A DNA stretch of 63,608 nucleotides, filler included, from Craspedostauros australis (lineage: Eukaryota), in assembly GCA_030167865.1 (NCBI GenBank). It is 19 parts of 19 records of this genome, joined end to end, with 100 filler letters (N's around TTAATTAATTAA, not from the genome) between each part and the next. Parts side by side here need not be neighbours in the genome. Positions count along the whole stretch, not along the records: positions 60,670 to 63,608 come from JALAGF010000530.1; 18 more parts are not named here. One strand, 5' to 3'. The first letter of the stretch is position 1; each line of letters begins with the position of its first letter. Below the pieces are notes generated by a model, which searched no databases, was not told the origin of the DNA, and saw nothing but the letters and a program-made list of their open reading frames with translations. A program made the position numbers and the translations under genes. Of the stretch, positions 60,670 through 63,608 are shown piece after piece.

Positions 60670-62146
60670 AAGTAACCCTGCACCCATGATGGATTGGGAC
60701 CAAGCAGGCAGAAGATTGCCCTGCCTGACTTCGTCGCCTCGTTTGCTGCGCTATCACCATCGTGCATGTCAGAAGCAATAGTATCATTGGCGACTGCGTC
60801 TTGATTGGCTTTGGTGGTTGTTCGGAATCGAGGGTACGGCTTTGTCGGAATACCCATGGTTGCCGTACCCCCCAATATTATTTGTCACACCTTTGAATAC
60901 CATGTCATTACGACCATGATTAAGGACACGAACGTGATTGATATCAGTCCTACCACGAAGAGGGTAATCTGTCCTCTGGAAATATGGCTTCACACCAAAT
61001 GCGGATCAGGAGGTCCTGATACCAAACCAACCATGGCAACCATGCAGACAGCAACGTCAGTCAGAACAAACAGCAGGACAATGGGCAAGTGACGCACCCC
61101 CTCTGGGGAGCAGCACGCGCCCCTCCTATGGACAAGAAATGCCACAGGTTTGGAACATCACCAAGGACGACACCAATTGTGAGATGATGGTGTCACGGTG
61201 ATAGAACGATATTGAAAACGAGGGTAACTTACTGTACGCCAAAGGGTGATCAATCCGTGGTTGTGCAGTAGGTTGCTGAGTTTGTGTGTGTGAGTGTGTC
61301 TTAGTCTTAAAGCTGTTACGAATCCAAACAAGACTTTCGAAAGGATTGTGAGCAGTTTATGAGCAGCATCCATTTGAGTTGGATCTGCATCATCTCTATT
61401 TGTAGTAACATAGCGGAGCGTTGAGTCTCCCACATGCAATCATTGTGGTGCCGATATTGCCATTCGAGAGAGGAGACATCAATTTTGTGATGGCCGGAGA
61501 GAGAGTGTTTGTTGTTCACTCTCCTCCGATCGATTTGGGGGACTTTGTTCATCCAACAGTTTGGTCCGTTTGTCCATCCAGGACAGGTCATGTCACGCCC
61601 ATAAGTGGCGTGGGATGGCACGATCGCCCAAACCCAAATTCAGCGGACACGCGACATCGTCTTAAGTAGAGCACGATTCGAGGGTGGGACCCCATCCCAC
61701 CGACATCGAGTCACGCTTCAATCTCGCTCAAACATTCTGAGCAGTCGGACAGCTGACTAACTAGACTAAATCTTAACACGACTAATGGGAATACTAGTTT
61801 GAGCTAATACACGAGATCAAGGATCGAAACATATGACAGACAAGCACACAGGACTGCAGATTCCTACCATGCAAACATAGACGGCGACGAATATGCAGAC
61901 ACAAACGATGAGATGCCAAGACGAGGACGCAGAGGAAAGCATACGAAGATGCACAAGCAAGGCATGATGAATGAAGAGGGAAGCACCCGAGGAACATTGC
62001 AATGCCCTGTGATGCCACCACAACAAATGCCTGCTATGAAAATGAATTTGGAAGAGAAAGTGAGATTGAGCTCACAGTTCTAAAATGGTACAGTTTCTAA
62101 CAGCAGATTAGACTACAGTACTAACTATAACCCCAGATTTCCAACA
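60670..62146 (-). mobile_element. TGTTGGAAATC LTR-family copy interrupted by a 659-bp insertion (61161-61819)
   Basis: Aligns to 56949-57768 on both sides of the insert. Confidence 0.8.
61161..61819 (-). mobile_element. Nested insertion, probably an unrelated LTR (61178-61819) with a PBS-like stub
   Basis: Minus strand TGATCTC...CTCACA followed by AT-TGGTGTCG; absent from the paralogous copy. Confidence 0.55.
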
Positions 62147-63288
62147 GGTGGTAATCGTCATTTCCGACTTGATGGGTCCTCGATGAGTTTGCCATTGTGG
62201 TCCGCAGGAGGGATCATCGCAGCAGTAGTTGCCTTCATCTCCAGCGTCCGAATTCATGTTGCCGCTTGCAGGAACTTGACCATCCGATGCCTTGCGCCGC
62301 CGTTTGTTGCTCTTCTTCGTTTTTGTCTCCATCCACCCTCCCATTCCTCCACCACTACGAGCTTTGGCCGTTGTACTGGTCGACTTCATCTTGCGCTTGA
62401 CCTGCGTCCACCCAAGCGGCAGAGTGGATTGCCAAGACAGGAGTTCACCCGTGACAGAAGCTGTTGTCTTGCCATCCAAACTTTCCACGCCGCTCATCGT
62501 TGGCTTGTCTGTCACTTCCACCATCCCAGATTTCTCTGTATTGGGCGTCATGTTGCGCGTCCTTCCCTCGAGTGTTGGTTTCTTTGTGTGCATCCGCGTC
62601 GCAAGAAGCAGGAGCAAACCCAGAACCAACAGCAACAAGAGCCACAACAGTGGCATCAAACACACACGGATGGATCCACCTCACTTGCCTTGCTTTGTGT
62701 TTGTTTGCTGTTTGTTGGTGTCAAATTTCCTTCCATTGCTTTGGAGCCTAACTAAGTACATCAAGAATGTCCTGCACAAGTATGGATTCTAGTTAGGATT
62801 CGGGCGTAGTCGACGCAAATCGGTGGAGGATGCCTCGTGAATCTGCCGGCTTCGGGATAGCCGTTTGATGCAGTTCAAGAGAGGTGTACTGGATTGAAGA
62901 TGTGTTACTGTAACAATGAGTAGATGAATGCTTTGTAGCTAATCTTTGACTGTTTATTATGAGTTAGCTTGTAGTGTTGGTAGGATGAAGAAACGATGTC
63001 ACACAGCTTGATAGGACCCTGCACTGATGTACTTGGTTCAGTGCTTGAGGGTAGACGATCATTACAGTGCCTTGCTCTCCATACATGTAGACACACTGCA
63101 GTGTAGGTCATGACACTCAATGGTGGCGGTCATGAAGCAATGGCTGTGGCCGGAGTTCACTCTTGGATTCCATTGCTTGAGTTGAAGCAAATTGGATACA
63201 CGCGTCAAGACTACGGCAATGTGCAGTAGTCATCAGCATGGAGGGAATCGAGATGTGTTGTAGTATAAGGATCTGAGGAGCATATAGT

Positions 63289-63608
63289 TGTTGGAAATCC
63301 GGGGTTAGTGTTAGTAAGAACTAATTGGTTGTTAGATCGTACTGTTCAGAACTGTGAGCTCATTCTCTTCAGCTCCTTTGCCTTTCGTTTCTCATATAGC
63401 ATCTCCTGCAGCAGCATCGTGTTATACTGTTGCATTCATGCATCTCATCATCATGAATCATCGCTTGCATCCATGAGATCGCATCCGCAGGCATCCTTTG
63501 TCATGCATATCCGTAGGCATTCTCTCCATGCACCTCGTCGTGCATATCCTTATTCTACATTCCCTGCGGTACGATTCCACAGTCTTGCGTTTCGCTCTTG
63601 ATCTCCTG
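63289..63608 (+). mobile_element. TGTTGGAAATCCGGGG LTR-family end
   Basis: TGTTGGAAATCCGGGG..GAACTGTGAGCTC. Confidence 0.8.

Overview
Eukaryotic nuclear DNA, almost certainly from a diatom: it has a diatom-type 5.8S/18S sequence, CoDi-like Ty1/copia elements, diatom-specific protein families and GT-AG introns. The window is not one locus. It is 19 contigs joined by an artificial N-TTAATTAATTAA-N spacer, so adjacency across spacers means nothing. Contents: about a dozen host genes (SRP54, a vacuolin/flotillin-like SPFH protein, a GT32 glycosyltransferase, a MORN protein, a PhyH-like dioxygenase, a TPR protein, a STAND ATPase and Cys-rich/PS-repeat extracellular proteins), many copia fragments and LTR ends, three identical ends of an unclassified transposon-like element with an apparent WWGGT target preference, and one rDNA contig. 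The standout is the 18S rRNA gene (minus strand, 48141-49815). Its last 511 nt are split by six short spliceosomal-type GT-AG introns (five complete, one cut by the contig end), leaving exons as short as 19-24 nt. Removing the introns exactly restores universally conserved SSU motifs.
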